64,000 nucleotides of DNA. Origin: Candidatus Marinacidobacterales bacterium. GTDB lineage: Bacteria; Acidobacteriota; Vicinamibacteria; Marinacidobacterales; DATDRI01. Numbering within the stretch: position 1 is the stretch's first letter; each line of letters opens with the position of its first letter. The position numbers and the translations under genes are program-made. The notes beneath the pieces were generated by a model that saw only the letters and a program-made list of their open reading frames with translations, was not told the DNA's origin and searched no databases. The stretch lies in contig OZ245365.1 in assembly GCA_965226495.1 (NCBI GenBank), positions 768,001 through 832,000 of the forward strand, read 5' to 3'. Of this stretch, positions 10,101 through 18,687 are shown in pieces.

Positions 10101-11856
10101 AAGGAACCAGCCCCCCCATTGCGACCGGGGGTGGGATCAGGGTGTCGATCTCGAACGTCGCGGTGTTCGAGAAAGCGCCCACGATGGCTCCGTTCTTGGC
10201 CTGAACCTTCCACTGGTACAGATTTCCCGCCGGTAGGTTTGCCCCTGGTGTGTGTTCAGTCTGGGGATCCGCGATCTCCATGTCGATGGGTGTGCCTCCG
10301 CTGGTAATGTTGTCCACCACTAGCCGGTAGGTGGTGGCGCCGGGCACGTCATCCCAGTCGAATGTCGGTGTGGTGTCGCTAGTGGCTCCAGCCAAGGGAG
10401 CTACCATTCCAGGCACGCCGAGCGTGATGTTGTGAAACAGGTCGGCCTCCGCCACGCGGCCCTCGTCGTCGGTTACCCTGAATCGAATAGGGCCGAAAGG
10501 ACCGACGGTTGTCGGTGTGCCTGAGACATGGCCGGTCGCGCTATTCAAAGTGGTGATTCCTGGTGCGTAGCTACCGCTCAGCTTCTCGAAAAAGAGAGGA
10601 GGCGTCCCGCCCGCTACCGGCAGCATCTCGTCGTAGAACACGCCGAAGAAACCGTCCACCATATTGTTGGTAGTAAAGGTCGGAGGCGCGGTGGGGAGAT
10701 CGATGATGTGGGCGTGGACTCCGTCTCCTCCCAAGTTCACTTTTGACAGGACCACTGCCTGCGGGTCACCGAAGTCGTCATTCGTCGTGATGCCAACCGG
10801 GTTGTGTTGGTTGAACCCAAAGACGATTTGAGGTCCGACGTCTGCGGTCACAGGGTCGACTTCTACCGCCACACCTTTTGTGGCATAAAAGGCGGTGACG
10901 ATGAATTTCCCGGTCACTTCGCTATAGTCGATGGGGCCCGGTACGTCCCATATATTGGAGCCATTGGCGACGATGTTGAATCGGCTGCCGATCTTGACTC
11001 CCGTTGCGCTGACCCGCTGGCCGGTCACATTGGCGTTTTGGGAAGAGTTGTTGCGACGGTCTTCCATGGTGACGAGGAAGCTATTCGTGGAGGACGAGTA
11101 GGCGACCTCGGGTTTCGTTTGGGACTTATTGCCGTGAGCAATGGCAAAATTTCCGCCACCACTAACGTTGTCGTTGACGATGTTCACAATGTTCCCGCTG
11201 ATCTGCTCTTTGGCGGCTCCTCCATCAACCACATAAGCAACTAAGAACGTGTCGTTGGTGGGGTTCCAGTCGACGGCGGGGCCGTCTCCAGTTACAAGCT
11301 GGCCCGTTGCGAGTCGGGCATTGGCGGTAGTTGGGTCGGCGTCCATGAGCGCGTACTTGACTTTGATAGGCGCCGGGCCTACCCGCCAGACGATCAGGAC
11401 CCTTTGACTGGTCACGCTTAGGGCGCCGCCGCCGCCGCCGCCGAACGAGCCACCGCTTCCTACGAAGAAGGGACCGCTAAGGGGCTGACCGTCCCATGAG
11501 AGGTGCCGAATGTAGATATTATCGTTGCTATCTCGGTACCCGACGATGTAGCCGTCTTCCACGGGGTTGTATTCGATCCCGACGGAATTGATACCGACGT
11601 TGCCCGAAAGACTGATGTTGTCGCCGAGGAGGATTCCGTCAGTATCCATGCGCCTGACGCGTACATCGTTGCCGTGAAAAATCAGCATGTACTCTTTGCG
11701 TATCGAGTTCCATGCAACACCCGAAGATTTTTGGGAGCCGGTTGGGTTGAGGATGTGTCCGGGAGCAATCTCCTGTGCGAACAAGCTTCCCGGGCTCACG
11801 TGTTGAGCCACCAGAGCTAGGGTGAACAACCATAAGAAAGTGCTCCGCTTCATCAT
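7117..11856 (-). CDS. Large secreted surface protein: N-terminal beta-repeat region, Ig-like, five FN3 and three F5/8C discoidin domains
   Basis: Signal peptide MMKRSTFLWLFTLALVA with GGAGG RBS; repeated W.AP.DD...Y.IRYS FN3 motifs; A.DGD..T.W.S...TIDLG...RYVRI...AEIEV discoidin motifs. Confidence 0.8.
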   Translation of the reverse strand: MMKRSTFLWLFTLALVAQHVSPGSLFAQEIAPGHILNPTGSQKSSGVAWNSIRKEYMLIFHGNDVRVRRMDTDGILLGDNISLSGNVGINSVGIEYNPVEDGYIVGYRDSNDNIYIRHLSWDGQPLSGPFFVGSGGSFGGGGGGALSVTSQRVLIVWRVGPAPIKVKYALMDADPTTANARLATGQLVTGDGPAVDWNPTNDTFLVAYVVDGGAAKEQISGNIVNIVNDNVSGGGNFAIAHGNKSQTKPEVAYSSSTNSFLVTMEDRRNNSSQNANVTGQRVSATGVKIGSRFNIVANGSNIWDVPGPIDYSEVTGKFIVTAFYATKGVAVEVDPVTADVGPQIVFGFNQHNPVGITTNDDFGDPQAVVLSKVNLGGDGVHAHIIDLPTAPPTFTTNNMVDGFFGVFYDEMLPVAGGTPPLFFEKLSGSYAPGITTLNSATGHVSGTPTTVGPFGPIRFRVTDDEGRVAEADLFHNITLGVPGMVAPLAGATSDTTPTFDWDDVPGATTYRLVVDNITSGGTPIDMEIADPQTEHTPGANLPAGNLYQWKVQAKNGAIVGAFSNTATFEIDTLIPPPVAMGGLVPSGLAVIPGLTAIEASSEWTSNGGAKENIVDGVPETKWQSTSKNSVTTEFVTIDLGGTFPVARVRLYMPFNSNVLLFPKGFSIQVSDQPDANFTTVHTEPNFVAQQGMWYEFVAAPVLTRRYVRIWITDTNFYVNKYPFNALIGEVEVLEDNPVFGTIQYNWQAPADDAGAGTEPVFAYDLRVMAGGPGAYNYFSAQALVIVTNEPAPVLNAIQSVVVDTLNDETTYSAALTSVDDAGNRSAVSNIVTLATRGVPPAAIANLRAFSPTKTSMELDWDAPTEDGPAGGKVTSYEVRYSETPITSSNLGSLVTDETPPAPANPGTTQTMTVNALDPTTHYYFSIISRDEVGQASPLSNIAELATLDGTPPAGINDLQGISGGGVYTEITPLTAANSSGFIPGFAGNKAVDDDESTYWSSPGVKPTRIEYITVNAGSETNVGRVRLLASNQSPLLFAKSFEILVGNDPNNNFTTGLTVSNFVAESSNWYTFDLPVPISGQYVRIRITEMNAYSNGKFYSQFAEIEVFDLAAAADGVMLLWTAPGNNGNQGQATKYHVRYSTTEIVDDDDYDNATQVPDGMVPAPQPAGFPESLTLTGLGPEQVIWAAIKTVDGNSNVSVLSNIVKVSTPGNPPGTVTNLTVLPVEATGSSIRIQFTEPADDAGDNGSGPVDHYEVGCSTGAINGLGDFVGLTFADPGPTPVGPGNTLQFDIPGLANQTAYNCAVRAVDDADLTSPLSTVVSGSTIDDEPPAQVSNLSVDVVVMSLNVTVENSSGALTPASNALDGDPATAWISPGVKPHREEWITVDLGSSVTVGQVRLQSNNQSPLHFPADFKIQVGNNPNGPFTDALVVTDFVATLSTFYTFNVTPTAGRYVRIRATKVNEYTNGKFYASFAEIEVSEQSGPAIEATLTWNAPADDGSVGDPATSYEIRMDTSLINAGNFGGADLVATGLVPQAPGSPEVFVITSGIVSGQTNWFAIETKDEAGLRSVSVISAAVP

Positions 11857-12218
11857 GCTTGAAAGACCTCCAAGTTGTATCGGCACCGATATGTTTTTGT
11901 CGGGGTGGGACTTTTTGTCGTTGGCGATCGCCAACGTCACTGCGCCGTCACGCTGCCCGGGGGCATGCACAACGAGCGACATTAGCCTATCTTTGCTCAT
12001 TCCTAGCTTTAAAAAGGCTAAGTCAACAGGTTATCACCTCGCCGGAAGTCCCGCAAGCGTGAATGGGGTTCGGCATAACTCATCACTGCTCAAGTATATA
12101 CGGGCAGATGTGTCCTCGAATCCCTTGATTCCAGTCGAGAATTTTTGGAGCTCGATCCAAAGTCTTGTAGGGGAAATCCCGTATCAATGTTGCAATCCGA
12201 TGAGCTAAATGTGGTGTT

Positions 12219-14087
12219 CTAGTGGTCGACGTACCCAAGTGAGCGCAACCGTTCCAGTACCTCTTCATCGAGCTCGACTTGCTGTCCTTGGCGGGTGGTT
12301 CGGATCCCTCGCGCGGTGTCCAGAAAGGAGCGCATCTTGCGGTGAAACTCAGCGAGATCCCGCGAAGTCTTGGTGAGCAGGTTGTTTTGTTCGTGCGGAT
12401 CCTTCAGGAGATCGTAGAGCTCCTCTTCTTCGAGCTCGGACACACCGAGGTCATCGCCCCCGTCCAACGAAGCCGGGCCCGAGAGGGTGACGATGAACTT
12501 CGAGCTCGTGGTCCGAAACGCAATCTTCATAGATGTTTCCCGCGGCGACCTCCAGGTCACTTCACTGATCGCGGTTCGGTCCTCCGGTTCCGCATCTCCA
12601 TCGAGCCTCAGCGCAAGGTCAACCGCCTCGGTCGGCGGCGGTTCGATTCCGGCCGCTTCGAGTAACGACGGGAAGATATCCACCTGACTCACCAGGCTCG
12701 CGACGCGCGAGCCGGCACTACCGCCCGGCCATTTGACGATCAGTGGAATTCGAACCACTTCGTCATAAAGGGTTTGGCTGTGTTGCCAGTGGCCATGCTC
12801 GTAGAAAGCTTCCCCATGGTCGGCGGTGACGATGATCATCGAATCCTCGTAGAGTCCGAGCATCTTGAGCTCCGCGAAGAAACGCCCCAGCTCCTGGTCG
12901 GTATATGCAATCTCGCCATCGTAGAGCTGAATGATCTCGTGGGTTTCCCTATCGCTTGGTGGAGGCTTGGAGCGAGCGATCAGGTCCTGTAGGTCGGAGA
13001 TGTCCCTCGGGCGGGGGCCGAACCGCTCGATGAACTCGCGCGGCGGGAGATACGGCCAATGCGGGTCCAACAAGTGCATGAACAAAAAATGGTTCTGCCC
13101 CCTGTTTTTGACCAATTGCGAGAGCGCGGCGTCAACGACGTCGCTGGCAATCGGATTCTCCATGACGTCGTAGAGATGGAAGCCTCTTTCGAAACCGTAG
13201 ATTTGAGAAACATAAACCCAGGAAGCCACACCGCTCGTTCGATAACCGTTCGAGGAGAGAAGCTCCGGGAGATAGGGGACCGACGTATCCAGTTTTTCCC
13301 ATTTGGTCGCTCGATGAAATGACGGCACCAAGCCGGTGAGCATCGACATATGAGTCGGGAGCGTCCACGACGACGTGGCGACCGCGGTCTCGAACACGAC
13401 ACCGTCTTCGGCGAAACGGTCGATGTTGGGCGTGGTGTCACGCTGGTAGCCATAGGCACCCATGTGGTCGGGGCGAAGGCAGTCGATGGATATGAGGATG
13501 AGGTTCGGCCGCTCCGGTTGGGCGGAGGTGCTCGCGAGTACTGGATTCCCCCACGCCGCCAAGACCGGGATTTGCACCGACGGGAGCTCCTCGAGGCGCG
13601 GCTTGGTCTCGAAGACGAGCTTCACTCTCTTTCCCGACCAAGGGCGCAAGTCGGCTGTCGCCTCCCTCCACTCGTTCGGCTCGTGACGCTCGATCGTTTC
13701 CGAGAAGATCAGCTCTTCGCCACCCCCGGAATCGACATGGAGAAGGAAGTCTACTTTCGCGTCGAGGGGCCCTTCGCCCAACGGGCTAGCGCCGATGGAA
13801 AAGTGAAGCGCCGGGTCGGAGGGTATCTCGACCTCGTAGACCAGCCGCGAAGGAAGGGGCGGCGTCAGGGAGGACTGGGTCTCGCCGCCTAGGGTCACCG
13901 GGGACCAAAGTCGAGCATCCTTTCGAGCCGAACGGAACTGAACGCGATCGAAGGTGGCCTCTGCCCGATCCACATGGTCAACGAACGGGTAGCTAGTCGT
14001 TTTATCTGAAGCGGGTTGTGAGCAGGCGTGGGCGAAAAAGGAAAGTGCGATCAAGGGGACGGAATAGGGTAGTGCCGAACGGGTCAT
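12219..14087 (-). CDS. Sulfatase-fold (alkaline phosphatase superfamily) lipoprotein
   Basis: Lipobox-like AHAC; PNLILISIDCLR, WTLPTH, DPHWPY, TADHGE; C-terminal RLRSLGY. Confidence 0.85.
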   Translation of the reverse strand: MTRSALPYSVPLIALSFFAHACSQPASDKTTSYPFVDHVDRAEATFDRVQFRSARKDARLWSPVTLGGETQSSLTPPLPSRLVYEVEIPSDPALHFSIGASPLGEGPLDAKVDFLLHVDSGGGEELIFSETIERHEPNEWREATADLRPWSGKRVKLVFETKPRLEELPSVQIPVLAAWGNPVLASTSAQPERPNLILISIDCLRPDHMGAYGYQRDTTPNIDRFAEDGVVFETAVATSSWTLPTHMSMLTGLVPSFHRATKWEKLDTSVPYLPELLSSNGYRTSGVASWVYVSQIYGFERGFHLYDVMENPIASDVVDAALSQLVKNRGQNHFLFMHLLDPHWPYLPPREFIERFGPRPRDISDLQDLIARSKPPPSDRETHEIIQLYDGEIAYTDQELGRFFAELKMLGLYEDSMIIVTADHGEAFYEHGHWQHSQTLYDEVVRIPLIVKWPGGSAGSRVASLVSQVDIFPSLLEAAGIEPPPTEAVDLALRLDGDAEPEDRTAISEVTWRSPRETSMKIAFRTTSSKFIVTLSGPASLDGGDDLGVSELEEEELYDLLKDPHEQNNLLTKTSRDLAEFHRKMRSFLDTARGIRTTRQGQQVELDEEVLERLRSLGYVDH

Positions 14088-14090
14088 TGC

Positions 14091-15938
14091 CTAGTTGATG
14101 TAGCCCAGGGCCTTGAGGTGCTCGGTCAGCTCCTCGTCGAGGATCACTTCCTGACCACCGCGATTTGCTTGGAGGGCTCTCGCCCTTTCGAGTAGCTCTC
14201 GGGCGTCGCGGCGTAACGCACCGATGTCAGAAGCGCCCTCCGCGAGGAGGTTAGTCTGCTCTCCTCTGTCTTTCGCTAGATCGTAGAGCTCCTCCTTCAC
14301 GACTTCCGAGACGAACCGCTCGTCTCCGATCTCCCCGGCGAGAGTCAGCAGGTATTTGAGCCTGCCGTTCCTCACTGCAATCCTCATGGCGGCGCCCTGC
14401 CCCTCTTTGGCGTCCCAGGTGATCTCGCTCAAGGCGTTTATGGGCGGGGCTGGATTGTCGCCCAGGAATCGACCGAGCGATACAGAGTCGTAGGGAGGAA
14501 CGAGCTCCGCTTGCTCGAGCATCGTCGGGAAGATGTTGAGTTGGCTCACCAAGCTCTCCACGTCACCGGTGATCGAGTTGCGGGGCCATTTCACGATCAA
14601 CGGGATGTGGGTCACTTCCTCGAAGAGCGATTCGCTGTGCTGCCAGACGTCGTGCTCGTAGAATGACTCTCCATGGTCGGCGGTGAGGATGATCAAGGAT
14701 CGGTCGTAGAGCCCTGCCTCTTTCAGGCCCGCGAAGAATCTTCCTAGTTCTTGATCGAGATACGCGATCTCGCCGTCGTAGAGGTTCACGAAGTGCTGAA
14801 TCTCCTCGAGTCCGGTAGGCGGCTTCCGATGGATCACCTTGGGCATGATATCGGAGATGTCCGGAGGGCGCGGGGCGAACCGATCCAGGAACTCGCCCGG
14901 CGGAAGATAGGGCCAGTGGGCATCGAATAGGTGTACGAACAAGAATTGTCTCGACGTCCGTGAGGCCCTTGAAGCGGTGCCCAGCTCGAGCGCCGCGTCG
15001 ACGACCTCGCGAGCGCGGCGGTCGGTCAGCATACGGTAAACATCGAAGCCTCGCTCGAAACCCCAAGCCTGCGATACGTAGCCTCCCGAAGCGACGCCGA
15101 GCGTTTGGTACCCGTTCTCAGCGAGTATCTCGGGAAGGTAGGGGACGGACGAGCTGAGCTTGTACGCTCGACTGGCTCCGTGTAGGGAGGGCATCAGGCC
15201 GGTCATCATCGACATGTGGGTCGGTAGCGTCCACGAGGAAACGCTCGCCGCGTTTCTATAGAGGACTCCGTCGGTCGCGAATCGATCGATGTGGGGGGTG
15301 GTCTTCCTCTCGTATCCGTAGGCACTCACGTGGTCCGCCCTCAGACAATCTACTGAGATCAAGACGAGGTTCGTTTCCTCCCTGCCCGACGTGTCCGCCA
15401 TCAAGCCGTCCAGTACGGGATTTCCCCAAGCGGGAAGAAACGCGCTGCCACCGCCCTCGGGACTCATTCCGCGTGCAGCGGTTTCGAATCCCAGTCGAAC
15501 CGTTTTTCCGGCCCATTCGGACAGGTCTACGGTTTGCCGGAGCCACACGTTCGGTTGGCCGCGTCGAACCGCCTGCTCGAAGCGAAGCTCCTCGTCTACG
15601 TAGATCGCGAATTGGACGGGGTTGCTGAAAGTCTCTTCTCCAAGTGTGGACACACCGATCGCGAATTTGAGGAGAGCCTCGCTCGGAACCTGGACGGTGA
15701 ACGTGAAGCGTGAGGGCAACGGGGGCGTCAGGGACAGCCGTGTCTCTTTCTCGAGCGTTACTGGAGCAGAAAGAAGGCCGTCCTTGCGGTAGGAAAGAAA
15801 AAGATTCCGATCGTAGTCTTTTTCCGCTTCGTCGACTTGCCGGGCGAAGAGAACCGTTGCCGGAAGCGACGGGGGAGGTGACGCGCAACTGGAAACGATG
15901 CTTGACAGCAGCAAGAGTCCCCCGGCCAGCCTCCTCAT
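14091..15938 (-). CDS. Sulfatase-fold lipoprotein
   Basis: Lipobox-like VSSC; ISVDCLR, WTLPTH, DAHWPY, TADHGE; C-terminal LKALGY. Confidence 0.85.
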   Translation of the reverse strand: MRRLAGGLLLLSSIVSSCASPPPSLPATVLFARQVDEAEKDYDRNLFLSYRKDGLLSAPVTLEKETRLSLTPPLPSRFTFTVQVPSEALLKFAIGVSTLGEETFSNPVQFAIYVDEELRFEQAVRRGQPNVWLRQTVDLSEWAGKTVRLGFETAARGMSPEGGGSAFLPAWGNPVLDGLMADTSGREETNLVLISVDCLRADHVSAYGYERKTTPHIDRFATDGVLYRNAASVSSWTLPTHMSMMTGLMPSLHGASRAYKLSSSVPYLPEILAENGYQTLGVASGGYVSQAWGFERGFDVYRMLTDRRAREVVDAALELGTASRASRTSRQFLFVHLFDAHWPYLPPGEFLDRFAPRPPDISDIMPKVIHRKPPTGLEEIQHFVNLYDGEIAYLDQELGRFFAGLKEAGLYDRSLIILTADHGESFYEHDVWQHSESLFEEVTHIPLIVKWPRNSITGDVESLVSQLNIFPTMLEQAELVPPYDSVSLGRFLGDNPAPPINALSEITWDAKEGQGAAMRIAVRNGRLKYLLTLAGEIGDERFVSEVVKEELYDLAKDRGEQTNLLAEGASDIGALRRDARELLERARALQANRGGQEVILDEELTEHLKALGYIN

Positions 15939-17845
15939 TGGAGGTATCCCAGCGCCCTCAGTTGCTCCAGTACGTCTTCGTCGATAACGACCTGACCGCC
16001 CTGGTCGCGATCGGCTCGGAACTCGCGGGCGCTTTCGAGATGCGCCTGAAGCTGTCTTCGAAACGCTTCCATGTGGCTGGGCGTTTGCAAGTTGTTCTTT
16101 TCACCCGGGTCCAACACCAGATCGTAGAGCTCTTCTTTCCTCATTTTGTCGATCGTCAGGTCGTCGTCCGCGCTCGCCTCGAAGGTAGCGATGTATTTGA
16201 GCTCCCGTGAGCGAAGTGAGACTTTTTTCACCACCGGATCGCCGGCCCACCAGATCACCTCGCTAACCGTCGGCTTGCTACCGGCGGGCGAGGTCCCTTT
16301 CCGGTAGCGGCCAAAGCTGGTTCCTCCGGTCTCAGTAGGTGGTAGACCGGCCGCTTCGAGAATCGTCGAGAAGAGATCTACGTGACTCACGGCAGTTTCC
16401 ACACTAGTGCGGGCCGAGCTATAGGGCCACTTTACCAGGAGCGGCACCCGGATCATCTCCTCGTAGAGAGTGTCGCTGTGCTGCCAGTGTTCGTGCTCGT
16501 AGAAGGCTTCACCGTGATCCGAAGTAATGATGATCATAGAGGCCTCATAGAGTCCTCGTTCTTTGAGCCAGTCGAGGAGACGACCCAGCTCCTGATCGAC
16601 ATAGGCGATCTCGCCGTCGTAGAGATTCTCCAGCTGTTCGATGTCCTTTGGTCCAGAGGGTGGTGCCCGGTCGATTATTGTGCTCAGCAGAGCATCGACG
16701 TTCTCAGGCCGCGGCCCAAAGAGCTCTACGAAATCGTCCGGCGGTAGATAACGCCAGTGTGGATCGAATAGATGAAGGAAAAGAAAGACGTCCCGCCCCT
16801 GTGCCTCTGAAAGCCAAGCGGTGGCCACATCGATGGTCTGAGCGGCGCGGGAGCGTTTGAGGACCCGGTATTTGTGGAAGCCTCGCTCGAAGCCGAAACT
16901 GGGTGAGAGGTACGCACCCGAGACGACACCAATCGCTTCGTAACCGCCTTCCGACAAGAGCTCCGGTAGGTATCCAATCGACGGGCCGAGCTTTCGTTCC
17001 CTGCTCACTGCGTGAAAAGAGGGTGTGAGACCGGTCATCATCGACATGTGGGAGGGAAGCGTCCAAGAGGAAGCGGCAGTGGCCGCCTCGAAAACGAAGG
17101 CTTCCTCCGCGAACTCGTCGAGTCGGGGAGTCGTGTTGCGTTGGTAACCGTAGAGCCCCATGTGATCCGGTCTCAAACAGTCTACCGAGATCAGAATGAT
17201 AGGGGGGCGCTCGATGGGATTGTGCTTGCTGAAGACCACCGGATTGCCCCACAACGGAAAGACGGGGTCGTTTGCCATAGGCGCCGCCGGGTCGTCATCG
17301 GTGAGGACCTCGAAGAGGAGCTGGGCTTCCGTCTCTGACCACGACGCGAGGTCAACGCTTCGATCGAGCCACTGATTCCGTTGCGGCAGCTCGATGGTCT
17401 CTCTAAAGATCACTTCCTCCTCGTGGCCCGACTTGACCGTGATCTTGAATCGTACGGGAGACCAGCGTGCGGGCTTTCCAAGCGTTGCCACCGAGATGGC
17501 GAACTGGAGGACGGGTCGAGGAGGGAGCTCGGCAACGAAGGACAAGCGGGAGGGCAGGGGAGGAGTGAGGGCGCGACGGGTGTCATCGTAAAGCGTAACC
17601 GGTGCGGAGGGGACTCCTTTGTCGCGCAGGGCCGGAAGGTCCTCCCGGACGACGCCAAAGCTCACATCGGAGGGTACCTGCTCGACCAGAAACAAAGGAG
17701 GGAACGGTCCGTCGTTGAAACTGCCGCAACCATGCGCGGAGATCAAACAGGGTAAGAACGCGACCGCTCGCAGGGCGTTACTTGGAGTCACTTTGGCCAA
17801 TTGTGGCGCGGGTGAATCAGGGCACGATCCGGTGAGAGCCGGCAT
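15935..17845 (-). CDS. Sulfatase-fold lipoprotein (start uncertain)
   Basis: AHGC lipobox-like; ISVDCLR, WTLPSH, DPHWRY, TSDHGE; C-terminal LRALGY. Confidence 0.85.
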   Translation of the reverse strand: MPALTGSCPDSPAPQLAKVTPSNALRAVAFLPCLISAHGCGSFNDGPFPPLFLVEQVPSDVSFGVVREDLPALRDKGVPSAPVTLYDDTRRALTPPLPSRLSFVAELPPRPVLQFAISVATLGKPARWSPVRFKITVKSGHEEEVIFRETIELPQRNQWLDRSVDLASWSETEAQLLFEVLTDDDPAAPMANDPVFPLWGNPVVFSKHNPIERPPIILISVDCLRPDHMGLYGYQRNTTPRLDEFAEEAFVFEAATAASSWTLPSHMSMMTGLTPSFHAVSRERKLGPSIGYLPELLSEGGYEAIGVVSGAYLSPSFGFERGFHKYRVLKRSRAAQTIDVATAWLSEAQGRDVFLFLHLFDPHWRYLPPDDFVELFGPRPENVDALLSTIIDRAPPSGPKDIEQLENLYDGEIAYVDQELGRLLDWLKERGLYEASMIIITSDHGEAFYEHEHWQHSDTLYEEMIRVPLLVKWPYSSARTSVETAVSHVDLFSTILEAAGLPPTETGGTSFGRYRKGTSPAGSKPTVSEVIWWAGDPVVKKVSLRSRELKYIATFEASADDDLTIDKMRKEELYDLVLDPGEKNNLQTPSHMEAFRRQLQAHLESAREFRADRDQGGQVVIDEDVLEQLRALGYLQ

Positions 17846-18650
17846 ACACGTTCATGGACTCTCCACGCAAAAATCCAACCAGACACAGGTTCGAGCTTTC
17901 CGCCAGCTCCACCGCCAGGCTCGAGGCCGCCGAAACGGCGGCCACGAACGGAATCCGGGCCATGAGTGCCTTTTGAACGATCTCGAAACTTGTCCGCCCG
18001 CTGACCATCAGAATGCGGTTGCGGAGCGGAAGCGATCCGTTCAAGAGCGCCGCCCCTATGATCTTGTCCACGGCATTGTGTCGACCGATATCCTCGCGAA
18101 GAAGGAGGAGTCGACCGTCTTGGTCGAATAGACCGGCGGCGTGGAGCCCGCCCGTTTCATCGAAGCCTGCCTGGCCCGAACGGAGTTGGTCCGGGAGGGT
18201 CAAGAGAACCCGAGTAGATATGCGGAAATCATCGTCCACGGCGGGGGCGTGAAGGTGGATCGACTCGATGGTGAGCTTTCCGCAAAGCCCGCAGCTCGAT
18301 GACGAGACAAAGTTTCGCTGCCAGCCCCTCTCGGATATGTCCACTCCCGTCTTCGTCGTGATGTTGATGACATTACAGAGCTTCGGATTTTTCGGGTCTT
18401 TGCGATGCCCGACGCGAGAAACTTCCTCCTTACCCTTCAGGATCCCTTCAGTGAACAAGAAGCCAGCCGCAAGCTCGTGATCCTCCCCGGGGCTGCGCAT
18501 CACCACCGCCACACTCTTGCCGCCGAGCCGGATTTCGAGGGGTTCTTCGACGGCGACTCGATCTTCGCAGTCTTCTCGTCCCTGTTGCCTCAAGCGCGTT
18601 ACCGGTCTGGAAGTCGCACGCCCGTTTCGCTGTCCCACTGAAACCTTCAT
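17817..18650 (-). CDS. fdhD: Formate dehydrogenase accessory sulfurtransferase FdhD
   Basis: AVEEPLEI, MRSPG.D.ELAAGFL, SSCGLCG, TGGLHAA, REDIGRHNAVDK. Confidence 0.93.
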   Translation of the reverse strand: MKVSVGQRNGRATSRPVTRLRQQGREDCEDRVAVEEPLEIRLGGKSVAVVMRSPGEDHELAAGFLFTEGILKGKEEVSRVGHRKDPKNPKLCNVINITTKTGVDISERGWQRNFVSSSSCGLCGKLTIESIHLHAPAVDDDFRISTRVLLTLPDQLRSGQAGFDETGGLHAAGLFDQDGRLLLLREDIGRHNAVDKIIGAALLNGSLPLRNRILMVSGRTSFEIVQKALMARIPFVAAVSAASSLAVELAESSNLCLVGFLRGESMNVYAGSHRIVP

Positions 18651-18687
18651 CTTTACCCCCGACTCATTATACCCAGCAGTGCGTGTA

